Shown here: one piece after another, positions 36,566 through 46,087 of the stretch
How the letters are laid out: each line of letters begins with the position of its first letter
How positions within the stretch are numbered: position 1 is the first letter of the stretch
Assembly: GCA_900319095.1 (NCBI GenBank)
Contig: ONNE01000064.1
Coordinates: forward strand, 1 to 61,760
Origin: an uncultured Eubacteriales bacterium
GTDB lineage: Bacteria; Bacillota; Clostridia; Lachnospirales; Lachnospiraceae
Direction: 5' to 3'
DNA length: 61,760 nucleotides
Made by a program: the position numbers and the translations under genes
The notes under the pieces: generated by a model
Seen by the model: the letters and a program-made list of their open reading frames with translations, nothing else
Databases searched by the model: none
What the model was told of the DNA's origin: nothing

Positions 36566-38134
36566 ATGAAAAAAACCATGTTAATAATTATGTCCCTTTT
36601 TCTTGTCACGGTATGTCTTTTAGATTTGGCTCTTTGCGGCAACCGATCGAGCGGAACAACAAAGACCGCATCAACCGCAGCGACTGCCACGACATCATCC
36701 CCGGAATCTGCTTCAAAAGAATCGGATTCTGTTCTTCCCGACATCAAACAGGCGAACTTACTGACTTGTGACACCATTTCAGTTCAAAAACCGGACAGAT
36801 TGAATCTGGCGGATGCACAGTTCCCTCATTACCGGGACAGCGATCATTTTATTTATAAAGCTTCTGACAGTCAGAGCACACCGTGTATTTTTCAATTTCA
36901 CAAAGAAACCGGTTCTCTAGATACGTTCTATTCATCCAACAAGAATAAACCAAAGTATTTATACAGCGTAAAAGATGCTTTTATCTACTATTCTCCGGAT
37001 CAACACACTCTTTTTCGCTCTCCCATTAATCATTACAACAGTTCGTACGAGTCGATTGACTTTCATAGGGAAGAATCTCTTTTAAGTCTATCCAGTCAGG
37101 ATTCATTGACAGATATCTATGTCTATTCGCACTCTCTTGTTTTTCTTACCAAAAAACAGCCGGGACAATTGTTCTGCCTTGATCTGACGTCGAAAGAAAT
37201 CACTTCATTTCAGTGCAATGTGTTCTCACCTTCCCTCTCACGAGACAGCGATGAGGAATACTGCGATGATGACTGCGACTACGATTGCGATTGTGACTAC
37301 GATTGCGATTGTGACTACGATTGCGATTGCGATTGCGAAGATTGGGATGAAGACAGTGATGATGACTGCGATAAGACTGAGGATTGGCAGTTTTTGTGCG
37401 GAGTCGGTCCCTATCTCATGCTTTCAAAGGGAAAATACTGGATTCCTCTCTGCTTTGATATCCAACTCGGAAAGCTGACCACTTTTGAGTCAGAAGACGC
37501 CTACGATACGGATTGGGTTTTTGTGAACTCGTATACGATGGCAGATCAGTATTTTTTCTATGCGACAACTCTTTCTTATGACTGTGATGACGAATGTGAA
37601 GATGAGGAGTATGACTACTCCGGGCAAACAATTAATCTTTACAACATGAAAACCAATAAGAAATCGTCCCTGATTTCCGGACAAAAAATACAGAACGCTG
37701 TCAAACAGGCCTTTGGGGATCAGGCAGACAATGTGACTTCCTGTGAGACTTCCCATATGTTGATCTGCCAGAATACCCTCTATCTGGAAATCACTCTTAC
37801 GTTTGAAAAAAATTGGGAGACTACCGGGCGAAGTGCCATTTTTTCCTTGAACTTATCGGATTTGCACGGCAGTCTTAAATACGAGAAAGCACTCGATGAA
37901 TTTATCCAGAAAAACAGCTCCTTTTACACCACATGGGATGAAGACGATATCGACTCCATCAACTTAAGCGGACTCTTTGGTATTCAGGATGACAGCATCC
38001 TGATCGGATGCCAGAATAAAAAAGGGAATGTCGATACCTTCTATCTTTACAACCCAAAGACCGGAGAGAACAAAAAAGTTGAAGAGCGCATCCGAAACTG
38101 GATTGAGACAAATTCAAAGATCCATCCGGATTGA
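36566..38134 (+). CDS. Exported hypothetical protein with a Cys/Asp repeat insert
   Basis: ATG at 36566 after AAGGAG. Signal/lipoprotein-like N-terminus, Ser/Thr linker, aromatic beta-rich body. Confidence 0.75.
   Translation: MKKTMLIIMSLFLVTVCLLDLALCGNRSSGTTKTASTAATATTSSPESASKESDSVLPDIKQANLLTCDTISVQKPDRLNLADAQFPHYRDSDHFIYKASDSQSTPCIFQFHKETGSLDTFYSSNKNKPKYLYSVKDAFIYYSPDQHTLFRSPINHYNSSYESIDFHREESLLSLSSQDSLTDIYVYSHSLVFLTKKQPGQLFCLDLTSKEITSFQCNVFSPSLSRDSDEEYCDDDCDYDCDCDYDCDCDYDCDCDCEDWDEDSDDDCDKTEDWQFLCGVGPYLMLSKGKYWIPLCFDIQLGKLTTFESEDAYDTDWVFVNSYTMADQYFFYATTLSYDCDDECEDEEYDYSGQTINLYNMKTNKKSSLISGQKIQNAVKQAFGDQADNVTSCETSHMLICQNTLYLEITLTFEKNWETTGRSAIFSLNLSDLHGSLKYEKALDEFIQKNSSFYTTWDEDDIDSINLSGLFGIQDDSILIGCQNKKGNVDTFYLYNPKTGENKKVEERIRNWIETNSKIHPD
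37277..37336 (+). repeat. In-frame 18-bp tandem repeat GACTACGATTGCGATTGT x3 with internal GATTGY hexamers, encoding DYDCDC
   Basis: Copies start at 37277, 37295 and 37313, followed by an extra GATTGC. Confidence 0.92.
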
Positions 38135-39322
38135 TTAACCCTTTAAAATCTCATCAAAAATCTGTACCGCAACCTCTTCCTTTTTCATGATAGGAAGCTC
38201 TTTTTCCCAATCTTTTGTAATCAGTGTTACGACATTGGTGTCGGTTCCAAAGCCGGCACCATTGACTCGCAGACTATTCGCTACAATCATGTCGGCATTC
38301 TTTTTTTTCAACTTCTCTTTGGAATTCTCCAATACGTTTTCCGTCTCCATGGAAAATCCGCACAAAAACTGATTTTCTCTCTTATTCTCTCCCAGCCATT
38401 TTAGGATATCCCGGGTTCTGGTGAGCTCAATGCTCATCTGAGAATCCTGTTTTTTTACTTTCTGATCGCTTGTATATTTCGGTGTGTAGTCTGCCACTGC
38501 TGCCGATTTAATAATGATATCCTGCGTAGGAGCAGCTTCCTTAACTGCCTCGAACATATCGGCGGCACTCTGGACAGGAACCAAGCGGACCCCCAGTGGC
38601 ACCGGCAGATTTGTCACTCCGCTCACCAGTGTGACATCCGCTCCTCTCCTCGCGGCAACGGTTGCCAGAGCATAGCCCATTTTCCCGGAAGAATGATTGG
38701 TGATAAATCGGACCGGATCAATCGATTCCCTCGTAGGTCCTGCCGTAATCAATACTTTTTTTCCGGTCATGTCATGTTCAAATTGTATTTCTTTTAAAAT
38801 ATATGCCAACAGCGTTTCCTCCGATGGCATCTTGCCCTTTCCGACCGATTTACACGCAAGCAGTCCGGAATCCGGCTCAATCACTTCCACTCCAAAAGTT
38901 TCCAGTTTATCCAGATTTGCTCTCACAATAGGATTCTCATACATATTGGTGTTCATGGCAGGTGCCACGATTTTTTTACATTTACAGGCGAGCACGGTCG
39001 TAGTCAGCATATCATCCGCAATTCCGTTTGCCATCTTTCCGATGAAGTTGGCCGATGCCGGTGCTACCAGAACAAGATCCGCCCTCTCACCCAGAGCGAC
39101 GTGTTCAATATTGTAATTAAAATTCCGGTCAAAGGTATCGACAAGACACTTGTGCCCGGTCAATGTCTCAAAGGTAATCGGATGGATAAAATTGGTCGCA
39201 TTCTGTGTCATCAGGACATGCACATCTGCGTGAAGTTTGGTGAGCATACTGGTCAGATTCGCTATTTTATAGGCTGCAATACTTCCCGTCACTCCTAATA
39301 CAATTGTTTTTCCCTGTAACAT
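38135..39322 (-). CDS. coaBC: Bifunctional phosphopantothenoylcysteine decarboxylase / phosphopantothenate-cysteine ligase
   Basis: GVTGSIAAYK, PAMNTNM, TAGPTRESIDPVRFITNHSSGKMG and AAVADY motifs. Confidence 0.97.
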   Translation of the reverse strand: MLQGKTIVLGVTGSIAAYKIANLTSMLTKLHADVHVLMTQNATNFIHPITFETLTGHKCLVDTFDRNFNYNIEHVALGERADLVLVAPASANFIGKMANGIADDMLTTTVLACKCKKIVAPAMNTNMYENPIVRANLDKLETFGVEVIEPDSGLLACKSVGKGKMPSEETLLAYILKEIQFEHDMTGKKVLITAGPTRESIDPVRFITNHSSGKMGYALATVAARRGADVTLVSGVTNLPVPLGVRLVPVQSAADMFEAVKEAAPTQDIIIKSAAVADYTPKYTSDQKVKKQDSQMSIELTRTRDILKWLGENKRENQFLCGFSMETENVLENSKEKLKKKNADMIVANSLRVNGAGFGTDTNVVTLITKDWEKELPIMKKEEVAVQIFDEILKG

Positions 39323-39367
39323 AACCGCCTCCTGATACTTTCCTAAATGATAACCGATCCGTTTGTC

Positions 39368-39751
39368 TTAGGAGAGCTGTCCGTGTTTTTCGTAATTCGA
39401 CACTCTCTCTATGCGATTATTCTCGTCCACGAATACAACCTTCGGTCTGTGTCCGGATGCCTCTTCCGGTGTCATGTCCGCATAACTCATGATAATGATG
39501 TGATCCTTAACCTGTACCATCCGGGCTGCCGCTCCATTCAGACAGATCATGCCACTGCCACGCTCTCCGGCAATCGTATATGTCTCGAACCGGCTGCCAT
39601 TCTCAACATCCACAATCTGTACCTTCTCATACTCCAAAATTCCCGCTGCGTCCATCAGCTCCGGATCCACGGTAATGCTTCCCACATAATCCAGTTCTGC
39701 CTGAACTACGGTTGCGCGATGAATTTTTCCCTTTAACATCTGAATTGTCAT
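39368..39751 (-). CDS. panD: Aspartate 1-decarboxylase
   Basis: KIHRATV, YVG|SITVD self-cleavage site, RFETY and LNGAAAR motifs. Confidence 0.97.
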   Translation of the reverse strand: MTIQMLKGKIHRATVVQAELDYVGSITVDPELMDAAGILEYEKVQIVDVENGSRFETYTIAGERGSGMICLNGAAARMVQVKDHIIIMSYADMTPEEASGHRPKVVFVDENNRIERVSNYEKHGQLS

Positions 39752-39758
39752 AATTACC

Positions 39759-40616
39759 TCATTTCTGCGCTGATTTTTCGCATATAAAGTTATCAATCAG
39801 TCTTGTCTTTCCAATATAAACAGCGGTGGCAACCAGAACATTTCCCTCGATCTGTTCGATGGATTCAATCGTGTCAAAATTGACCACTTCCACATAATCA
39901 ATCTTTGCCATTGGTTCCGCTTCGATTACCTGTGTGATCGCCTCAATCACTTTTTTTGCGCTCTTCTCACCCGCGCGCACCAGCTCTTCTCCCTTTAAAA
40001 GACCCCGGTGCAATACAAGTGCTGCCTGTCTCTCCTCCGCAGATAAATACGTATTGCGGGAACTCTTTGCCAACCCATCTTCTTCTCTCACAATCGGACA
40101 TCCCACAATTTCGACATGAAAGTTTAAGTCTCTCACCATCCTGCGAATCACAGCCAATTGCTGGGCATCCTTCTGTCCAAAATAGGCTCGGTCCGGTTCC
40201 ACAATGTTGAACAATTTTCCAACAACGGTACAGACTCCCCGAAAATGAGTCGGGCGCGTCTTTCCGCAAAGCCCTTTTGTCAAGCCATCCATATCAATAT
40301 ACGTACAGAAATCTCCCTCATACATATCTGATGGTTCCGGATGAAAAATCAAGGAAGCTCCCGCCTTGTCGCAAAGAGCCGCATCCCGCTCCAAGTCTCT
40401 TGGATAGGTAGCTAAATCTTCCTTTGGACCAAACTGGATCGGATTGACAAACACGCTGACAACTACCCGGTCATTCTGCTCAACGGCCCGGTCGATCAAA
40501 CTCTTGTGTCCCTCATGCAGATATCCCATGGTAGGTACCAGTCCCACACTCAGTCCCTGCTGTCTCCATTTTTTTACTTCTTCTCTAACCTGTTCTACTG
40601 TTGATACGATCTGCAT
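39759..40616 (-). CDS. panC: Pantoate-beta-alanine ligase
   Basis: [27 protein letters not shown] and GLAKSSRN motifs. Confidence 0.97.
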   Translation of the reverse strand: MQIVSTVEQVREEVKKWRQQGLSVGLVPTMGYLHEGHKSLIDRAVEQNDRVVVSVFVNPIQFGPKEDLATYPRDLERDAALCDKAGASLIFHPEPSDMYEGDFCTYIDMDGLTKGLCGKTRPTHFRGVCTVVGKLFNIVEPDRAYFGQKDAQQLAVIRRMVRDLNFHVEIVGCPIVREEDGLAKSSRNTYLSAEERQAALVLHRGLLKGEELVRAGEKSAKKVIEAITQVIEAEPMAKIDYVEVVNFDTIESIEQIEGNVLVATAVYIGKTRLIDNFICEKSAQK

Positions 40617-40629
40617 AATTCCTCCCAAA

Positions 40630-41457
40630 TTAATATAATTTCTCGATGATATCATCGTCTATCTGATACTCATGCTCTTTTGACGGAAAGGCACCGCTTC
40701 CCACTTCTTTGATATAATTCTGAAAAGCCTCTTTCATCACTTCACCGACATTGGCATAGCGCTTTACAAATTTAGGTGTAAAATCCGAAAACATTCCCAG
40801 CAGATCCTGATATACTAAGACCTGTCCATCACATCCGTTTCCGGCTCCAATTCCAATCGTCGGAATTCTCAATTTTTTCGTGATCAGATCCGCCAGTTTT
40901 TTGGGAACTCCCTCAATCACAACAGCAAAGGCTCCCGCCTCTTCTACTGCCTGTGCATCCAAAATGATTTTTTTTGCGGCCTCCTCGGATTTTCCCTGTA
41001 CCCGGAATCCACCAAAGGCATGGATGGACTGAGGTGTCAGACCGATGTGCGCACAAACCGGAATACCGGCATCCACAATTGCCCGGATCTGTTCTTTTAC
41101 CTCCGTACCGCCCTCAAGTTTGACCGCATCAGCATATGCCTCTTTCATCAACCGTCCCGCATTGACTACTGCATCATATACCGATGTCTGATACGACATA
41201 AATGGCATATCAACAATTACCATTGCATTTTTGACTCCCCTTGACACAGCGGCACCGTGGTGTATCATGTCCTCCATCGTCACACGGATCGTATCCTCAT
41301 AACCCAACATTACATTGCCCAGCGAATCCCCCACCAGAATACTGTTTACGCCTGCCTCGTCTTCGAGCTTTGCAGTCGAATAGTCATAGGCAGTCAGCAT
41401 TGTGAGTTTTTCACCCTTTTCTTTTGCCTGTTGAAACGTTATTACTGTGTTCTTCAT
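40630..41457 (-). CDS. panB: 3-methyl-2-oxobutanoate hydroxymethyltransferase
   Basis: LTAYD, LVGDSLG, DMPF, VKLEGG, HIGLTPQ and IGIGAG motifs. Confidence 0.97.
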   Translation of the reverse strand: MKNTVITFQQAKEKGEKLTMLTAYDYSTAKLEDEAGVNSILVGDSLGNVMLGYEDTIRVTMEDMIHHGAAVSRGVKNAMVIVDMPFMSYQTSVYDAVVNAGRLMKEAYADAVKLEGGTEVKEQIRAIVDAGIPVCAHIGLTPQSIHAFGGFRVQGKSEEAAKKIILDAQAVEEAGAFAVVIEGVPKKLADLITKKLRIPTIGIGAGNGCDGQVLVYQDLLGMFSDFTPKFVKRYANVGEVMKEAFQNYIKEVGSGAFPSKEHEYQIDDDIIEKLY

Positions 41458-41518
41458 TTCCATCCTCCATCTGAATCCATTCTTTTGAATTCGAATTTGT
41501 TTTGTCACAAGTGATCAT

Positions 41519-42367
41519 TCATTCATCACTCATTAAAATATTTGAGATGGCAGTATAATCTCGGTCTGGATTTTTCTGACTGGCAATCCCGATCAGCATT
41601 TTTCCCAAATTCACATAGACCGCTCTCTCCGATTCTGACAGCACTTCAAGGTGTTTTCGAACCGTATCCGCATCGGCCCTCTCAATCGGACCTGTCAAGG
41701 CCTCTTCCACAGACGTCTCCAACAATTTCTCAACATTTCCTCTCACCAACGGCCCGATCAGTCTCCTCGCGGACAACTCATCAAAACCACATTCGCCAAG
41801 CATTTGGATTCCCATCTGATACAGCCCGATCATCATATTGCTGACCATGGATGCTGCCGCATGGTATTTCCTCTTGTTCTCAGATTTAATCACACAGACG
41901 GTATTTCCCATGCTCTCAAAGAGAGGACGCATCGTATCAAGAGCTTCCCGGTCTCCCTCCATGGTAAAGATTGCCTGTTTTAAATTTTTATAAGATGTGA
42001 ATTTGTCGCTGAACGCATACATAGGATGAATGGAACAGGCACTTTCACCGGTCTGTCCACAGTCAGAAAAAACAACGGATGATAATGAGCCACTGAAATG
42101 GCATATTATTTTATTTTGAATCAATTGATTACGTATCTGTTCCCAGACACCGCTGATGCAATCATCCGGTGTGGTAATAAACAGAATATCGCTTACCGAT
42201 ACTAAATCATGCAAAACATAGTAGGGTCGTGAACCTGTGAAAGTCGCAGCAGAATCTACGCTCTCTTTTTTTAAACTATAATACCCCTCAACCGATATGC
42301 CGTGTTCCACAAGATATTTTCCCATCGAGCATCCGACCTTACCGGCTCCTATGATTCCAATCTTCAT
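41519..42367 (-). CDS. panG: Rossmann-like/DUF2520 protein, probable PanG-type ketopantoate reductase
   Basis: GIIGAGKVG, HFSGS, SIHP, YHAAA and ALTGPIERAD motifs. First gene of a pan operon that has no panE. Confidence 0.8.
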   Translation of the reverse strand: MKIGIIGAGKVGCSMGKYLVEHGISVEGYYSLKKESVDSAATFTGSRPYYVLHDLVSVSDILFITTPDDCISGVWEQIRNQLIQNKIICHFSGSLSSVVFSDCGQTGESACSIHPMYAFSDKFTSYKNLKQAIFTMEGDREALDTMRPLFESMGNTVCVIKSENKRKYHAAASMVSNMMIGLYQMGIQMLGECGFDELSARRLIGPLVRGNVEKLLETSVEEALTGPIERADADTVRKHLEVLSESERAVYVNLGKMLIGIASQKNPDRDYTAISNILMSDE

Positions 42368-42374
42368 GTCATCA

Positions 42375-42467
42375 CCTCCGTCGTCAGTGATAACACATTA
42401 TCATCTGATGCAGTTTCCTACGAATACCGCTCGTGTGTAGGATAGCACAAACAGATGAATTTTGCAA
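42375..42467 (-). promoter_or_regulatory. pan operon promoter and hairpin leader (pan RNA motif-like)
   Basis: TTGCAA-17-TATCCT with an extended TG. The leader hairpin UCAG-A-UGAUAA/UUAUCA-CUGA (42408-42384) has a bulged A and abuts the SD. Confidence 0.5.
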
Positions 42468-42800
42468 GGATTTGTTAAAACACCCTATTTCGATTCCAAA
42501 AAACACCGGATATCCTCTACCTTTGACTCGTAGTTTTCCTCCGGCAATTCGGATATGGTTTGTGTCTGAAAATGGTGTGTGAAAAGCGGTTTCCCACCTT
42601 GAGCCTGCTGTAATATGGTTCAATTATCCCGGACATATAAATGGGAAGCCAGCTCTTGATGGCAGACAGCATTTCCGGTATATTTCGATCAATGTTGTGA
42701 ATTAACTTCATATCATGATCGGAATAGAGTCAGATTTCAGGAGCCATGGTCTGTATTGCCTGACCCAGAAAACGAATGACAGCCTCCTTACACCAATTAC

Positions 42801-42841
42801 AAAGAAAAAGATACCGCCCGATGTCCGATTGGCACCGGGCG
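42801..42841 (-). terminator. Intrinsic terminator after the AIM24 gene
   Basis: CGCCCGGTG...CATCGGGCG followed by TCTTTTTCTTT. Confidence 0.75.
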
Positions 42842-42855
42842 ATTCTTTGGTTGTA

Positions 42856-43557
42856 TTAACTCGATGTTGGTAAGAATGGTTTTACCGCATCTGCCAGAAC
42901 ATTTGCCGGCATTGTCTGTAACCATATTCGTCCCGGTCCGGTCACTTTTGTGTTGAAGAATCCCTCTCCACCCAACAGTGCATTGCCGATACCACTGACC
43001 GTCTCAATATCCATGGAACAGGTTGCCTCCATGGCCGCAAGATAACCGGTATCAATCAACATTGTCTCGCCCGGTCCCAGATCATAATTGTAAACCGAAC
43101 CATTGATTTCCAAAAACACCATACCCTGTCCGGAGAATTTCTGCATGATGAATCCCTCTCCGCCAAAAAGACCGGCTCCCAGTTTTTTCTGGAAGAAGAC
43201 ATCCATCGACACTCCCGGAGTGTTGGCAAGATACGCCGATTTCTGTGCAATGATTGGTTGCTGCGATGTCTCAAAACAGATGATATCGCCCGGAAATGAA
43301 GATGCAAAGGCAATCTCTCCGGCTCCATTGCTGGCTGTGTACGTATTGCGGAAAACCGACTCTCCCGTAAACGCGCTCTTTGCCATCTTTCCTAATGCTC
43401 CCATAACTCCTTTTCCACCGCCACTGGCAAGTCCGGTCTGCATCGTGATACTCGATGTCATCCAGGACATCGCTCCCTTTTGACACTCGATCGCTTCGCC
43501 CTGCTCCAATTTGCACAGCAGCACCGGTAACGGTTTGTTTACAACTTCGTAGTTCAT
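42856..43557 (-). CDS. AIM24 (TIGR00266-like) family protein
   Basis: GAMSWM, TGESVF, FGGEGFIMQK, IDTGYLAA, GGEGFF and GPGRIWLQTMP motifs. Confidence 0.9.
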   Translation of the reverse strand: MNYEVVNKPLPVLLCKLEQGEAIECQKGAMSWMTSSITMQTGLASGGGKGVMGALGKMAKSAFTGESVFRNTYTASNGAGEIAFASSFPGDIICFETSQQPIIAQKSAYLANTPGVSMDVFFQKKLGAGLFGGEGFIMQKFSGQGMVFLEINGSVYNYDLGPGETMLIDTGYLAAMEATCSMDIETVSGIGNALLGGEGFFNTKVTGPGRIWLQTMPANVLADAVKPFLPTSS

Positions 43558-43629
43558 ACTCATTCCTCCTATATGTTTTTTGTGCCGGATTTTCATCAAA
43601 TGAATCCGGTCACGAATGAACAAAATTCA

Positions 43630-44238
43630 TTACTGCCTGTTGTAGTAGGCAATTCCATCCTCTGGTCGAAAGTATGTCCGAATATATCCGTCCGTAGACA
43701 CAATAACAAAATCTCCGGTCTCCTTTACAAAATATACATCGTCCCCATCTTCTTTTTCTGTCTTATGGAGAGCGTTCGGATTTTTCACCACGTCATTCGC
43801 TGCCTTTAAGTATTCCTCTGCCGAGGCAAAACCCATTTCTTTTCCGTGTTTTTTATAATGCTCATTCAAGAGTTTAAAACTCCGGAAAACCAGAGTTTCC
43901 CCCGCATCCTGAGACTGTTCGACAGCCGCTGTCGTATCCGGATTCCCTGTCTTTTTTTGATGTCCATCAGAATCCCGGAACATATTTCCAAAGAAGACCG
44001 CAAAGACAATGATCAAAATGGCAACCAATCCTGTCATCGGATTTCCGTTGCCAATACCAACCCTCGGAAAAATACTTCTCTTTTTCTTTTGCACAACAGC
44101 ATCGTTGTTTTTAATCCGATTTGCCTTTCGACAGGCGCGGCATCGTTTGGGAATTTCAAGTTTTTTGCTCTCAAACAGGGCAATTTCCTGCGCTGACATC
44201 TCAAATTCCCTGCCACACTGGATGCATATTCTCTTCAT
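43630..44238 (-). CDS. Zinc-ribbon + TM + toxin-like RNase domain protein
   Basis: CIQCGREF...PKRCRACR, one TM helix, and C-terminal EHYKKHGKEMG..EEYL..A...IRTYFRP. Confidence 0.7.
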   Translation of the reverse strand: MKRICIQCGREFEMSAQEIALFESKKLEIPKRCRACRKANRIKNNDAVVQKKKRSIFPRVGIGNGNPMTGLVAILIIVFAVFFGNMFRDSDGHQKKTGNPDTTAAVEQSQDAGETLVFRSFKLLNEHYKKHGKEMGFASAEEYLKAANDVVKNPNALHKTEKEDGDDVYFVKETGDFVIVSTDGYIRTYFRPEDGIAYYNRQ

Positions 44239-44257
44239 CGCTTACCTCATTTCCATA

Positions 44258-45025
44258 TCAAAAGACCCATTCAAATACAATGCCATATAATTCTCTCACA
44301 TAATACGTCGGCAACAACCACCATGTGGTCCTTGCCGGAACACTTCCATGTCGGATCTGCAGTGCATCGGCAACTTTTCCCGCCCGGTACTGGTGAAATT
44401 CATTCGTGACAATCATGATTTCTTCGCTGAAACCTTTTTCCCGGATGATTTCCAGAGAATAACTTAGGTTTTCCCTCGTAGATGTAGACCGGTCTTCAAG
44501 AATGATCCGGTCCGGATCAATTCCCGACTGAACGAGATACCGACTCATGCACTCTGCCTCTGAAATCGATTCATCGGTACCCTGTCCCCCGCTCACGATA
44601 CATGGACACTCCGGATGATCCTGTAAATAATCTCTTGCCGCCACCAGTCTCTCCTCCAGCATCATAGAGGGCTTGTCTCCATTAACTTTGCAACCGAGAA
44701 CCAACACGGTAGCACCGCTAAGGGACTGAGACGACGATCCGCGAACCATCTGGATGGTGGCGGTCACAGCAAGTACAAATATTGCCAAAATCACCGAAAA
44801 AAAGATCACAAGAATCCCCTTCCCCGGTTTTTTGCTCCACAGAAAATGGAGTCCCTCCACTATTTTAATGCGGAACACCACAACGAGAAAAAGCAACCCG
44901 CAGCCAATCATAACTGTCAGGTTGCCTATATTTAATACGCGATGTGTAACAAAGGGAATCAATCCCCACAAGAACATGAGGATACAAAACGCACAAACAA
45001 TCCATCCTGTCAATTTTGCTTTCAT
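44258..45025 (-). CDS. YdcF/ElyC/SanA (DUF218) family membrane protein
   Basis: VLVLG, SGGQG.DE.ISEA, EDRSTSTRENL and VTNEFHQYRA motifs; 3 N-terminal TM helices. Confidence 0.92.
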   Translation of the reverse strand: MKAKLTGWIVCAFCILMFLWGLIPFVTHRVLNIGNLTVMIGCGLLFLVVVFRIKIVEGLHFLWSKKPGKGILVIFFSVILAIFVLAVTATIQMVRGSSSQSLSGATVLVLGCKVNGDKPSMMLEERLVAARDYLQDHPECPCIVSGGQGTDESISEAECMSRYLVQSGIDPDRIILEDRSTSTRENLSYSLEIIREKGFSEEIMIVTNEFHQYRAGKVADALQIRHGSVPARTTWWLLPTYYVRELYGIVFEWVF

Positions 45026-45074
45026 GTTTTATATTCCCGCCTAACAGTTCTAAAAATATCTATCGGATTTAATT

Positions 45075-45992
45075 CTAATTGCTTAACTCGACCAGTTCCT
45101 CCAAAAGTTTTGGAACCATCTCATCCATGGTCTCGTCCGAAAACTGGCAGGTGCCCACGGCTTTGTGTCCGCCACCGCCATATTTGAGCATCAGGCTTCC
45201 GACATTCACATTCGATGTGCGGTTCAAAACACTGTAACCGGTCGCCACAGAGCATCCTTTTCCACCGCGTCCGGATACGATCCATGCCGAGATGTTCTGT
45301 TCCGGATACATACTATAGATCATGAAACGGTTTCCCGAATAAATCGGATCGACACCTCTGAGATCGGAAATAATAACATTTCCCTCAACACGGGTGTGCT
45401 CACGTACCATCTTCTGGAATTTCTCACTCTGCTCATTGTATACTTCAATGCGCTCTACAACATCCGGATTGGACAAAATCTGTTCCGTCGTCTGTGTGCG
45501 GCAGGCATCAATCAGCTCTTCCATCAACTGATAGTTGGAAATACGGAAGTTGCGCCAACGACCAAGACCGGTACGCGGATCCATGATAAATCCCACCATG
45601 ATCCACCCCTCCGGATGCAAAATCTCATCCATGGTCAGGTTTGCCGAATCCACTTTGTCAACAGCTTCCATCAAATCATCAAATTGCGGAAAACGTTCTT
45701 TTCCACCATAATATTCGTAAATAATGCGTGCACAGGATGGCGTGATCCGACTCTCTCCTTTATATTTTCCCTCAAGTGCCTGTCTCTCCTGCTCACTGCT
45801 GTGATGATCGAACCACAGACCACAGCCCTCTACAAATGGTACATTGGCAAGACAATCATCTTCTGTCACTTCAACCAGACCATCCTGCAAATCTTTTGGA
45901 TGGGCAAATTTCCAACTGTCAATAATACCGGCTTCCTTCAACAGGGCAGCACATGCTAAACCATCAAAATCTGATCTCGTAATTAATCTCAT
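45075..45992 (-). CDS. DHH family phosphoesterase (exopolyphosphatase/nanoRNase-related)
   Basis: TRSDFDGL, FDHH and GGGGH motifs. ATG at 45992 after GGAGGAG. Confidence 0.88.
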   Translation of the reverse strand: MRLITRSDFDGLACAALLKEAGIIDSWKFAHPKDLQDGLVEVTEDDCLANVPFVEGCGLWFDHHSSEQERQALEGKYKGESRITPSCARIIYEYYGGKERFPQFDDLMEAVDKVDSANLTMDEILHPEGWIMVGFIMDPRTGLGRWRNFRISNYQLMEELIDACRTQTTEQILSNPDVVERIEVYNEQSEKFQKMVREHTRVEGNVIISDLRGVDPIYSGNRFMIYSMYPEQNISAWIVSGRGGKGCSVATGYSVLNRTSNVNVGSLMLKYGGGGHKAVGTCQFSDETMDEMVPKLLEELVELSN

Positions 45993-46087
45993 GTTCTCCT
46001 CCATTTCCTATAACCCAGGCTTCACATAACCACATACATATATCCTGCCTTTCCATTATACGATATGTTGAGAAAAATTTCTACCCC

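Noticed and set aside
37277-37336. Direct repeats considered as a CRISPR array
   Set aside because: Contiguous in-frame coding repeats with no spacers and no cas genes.
38125-38145. Zero-gap convergent stops of the Cys/Asp protein and coaBC as a regulatory overlap
   Set aside because: Seen in the sequence, but there is no functional link or other support; compact packing explains it.
41519-42367. Missing panE as a pathway gap
   Set aside because: The DUF2520 Rossmann protein is the established PanG-type replacement, so this is not novel.
45165-45959. 264-aa plus-strand ORF
   Set aside because: Antisense shadow of the DHH phosphoesterase gene.
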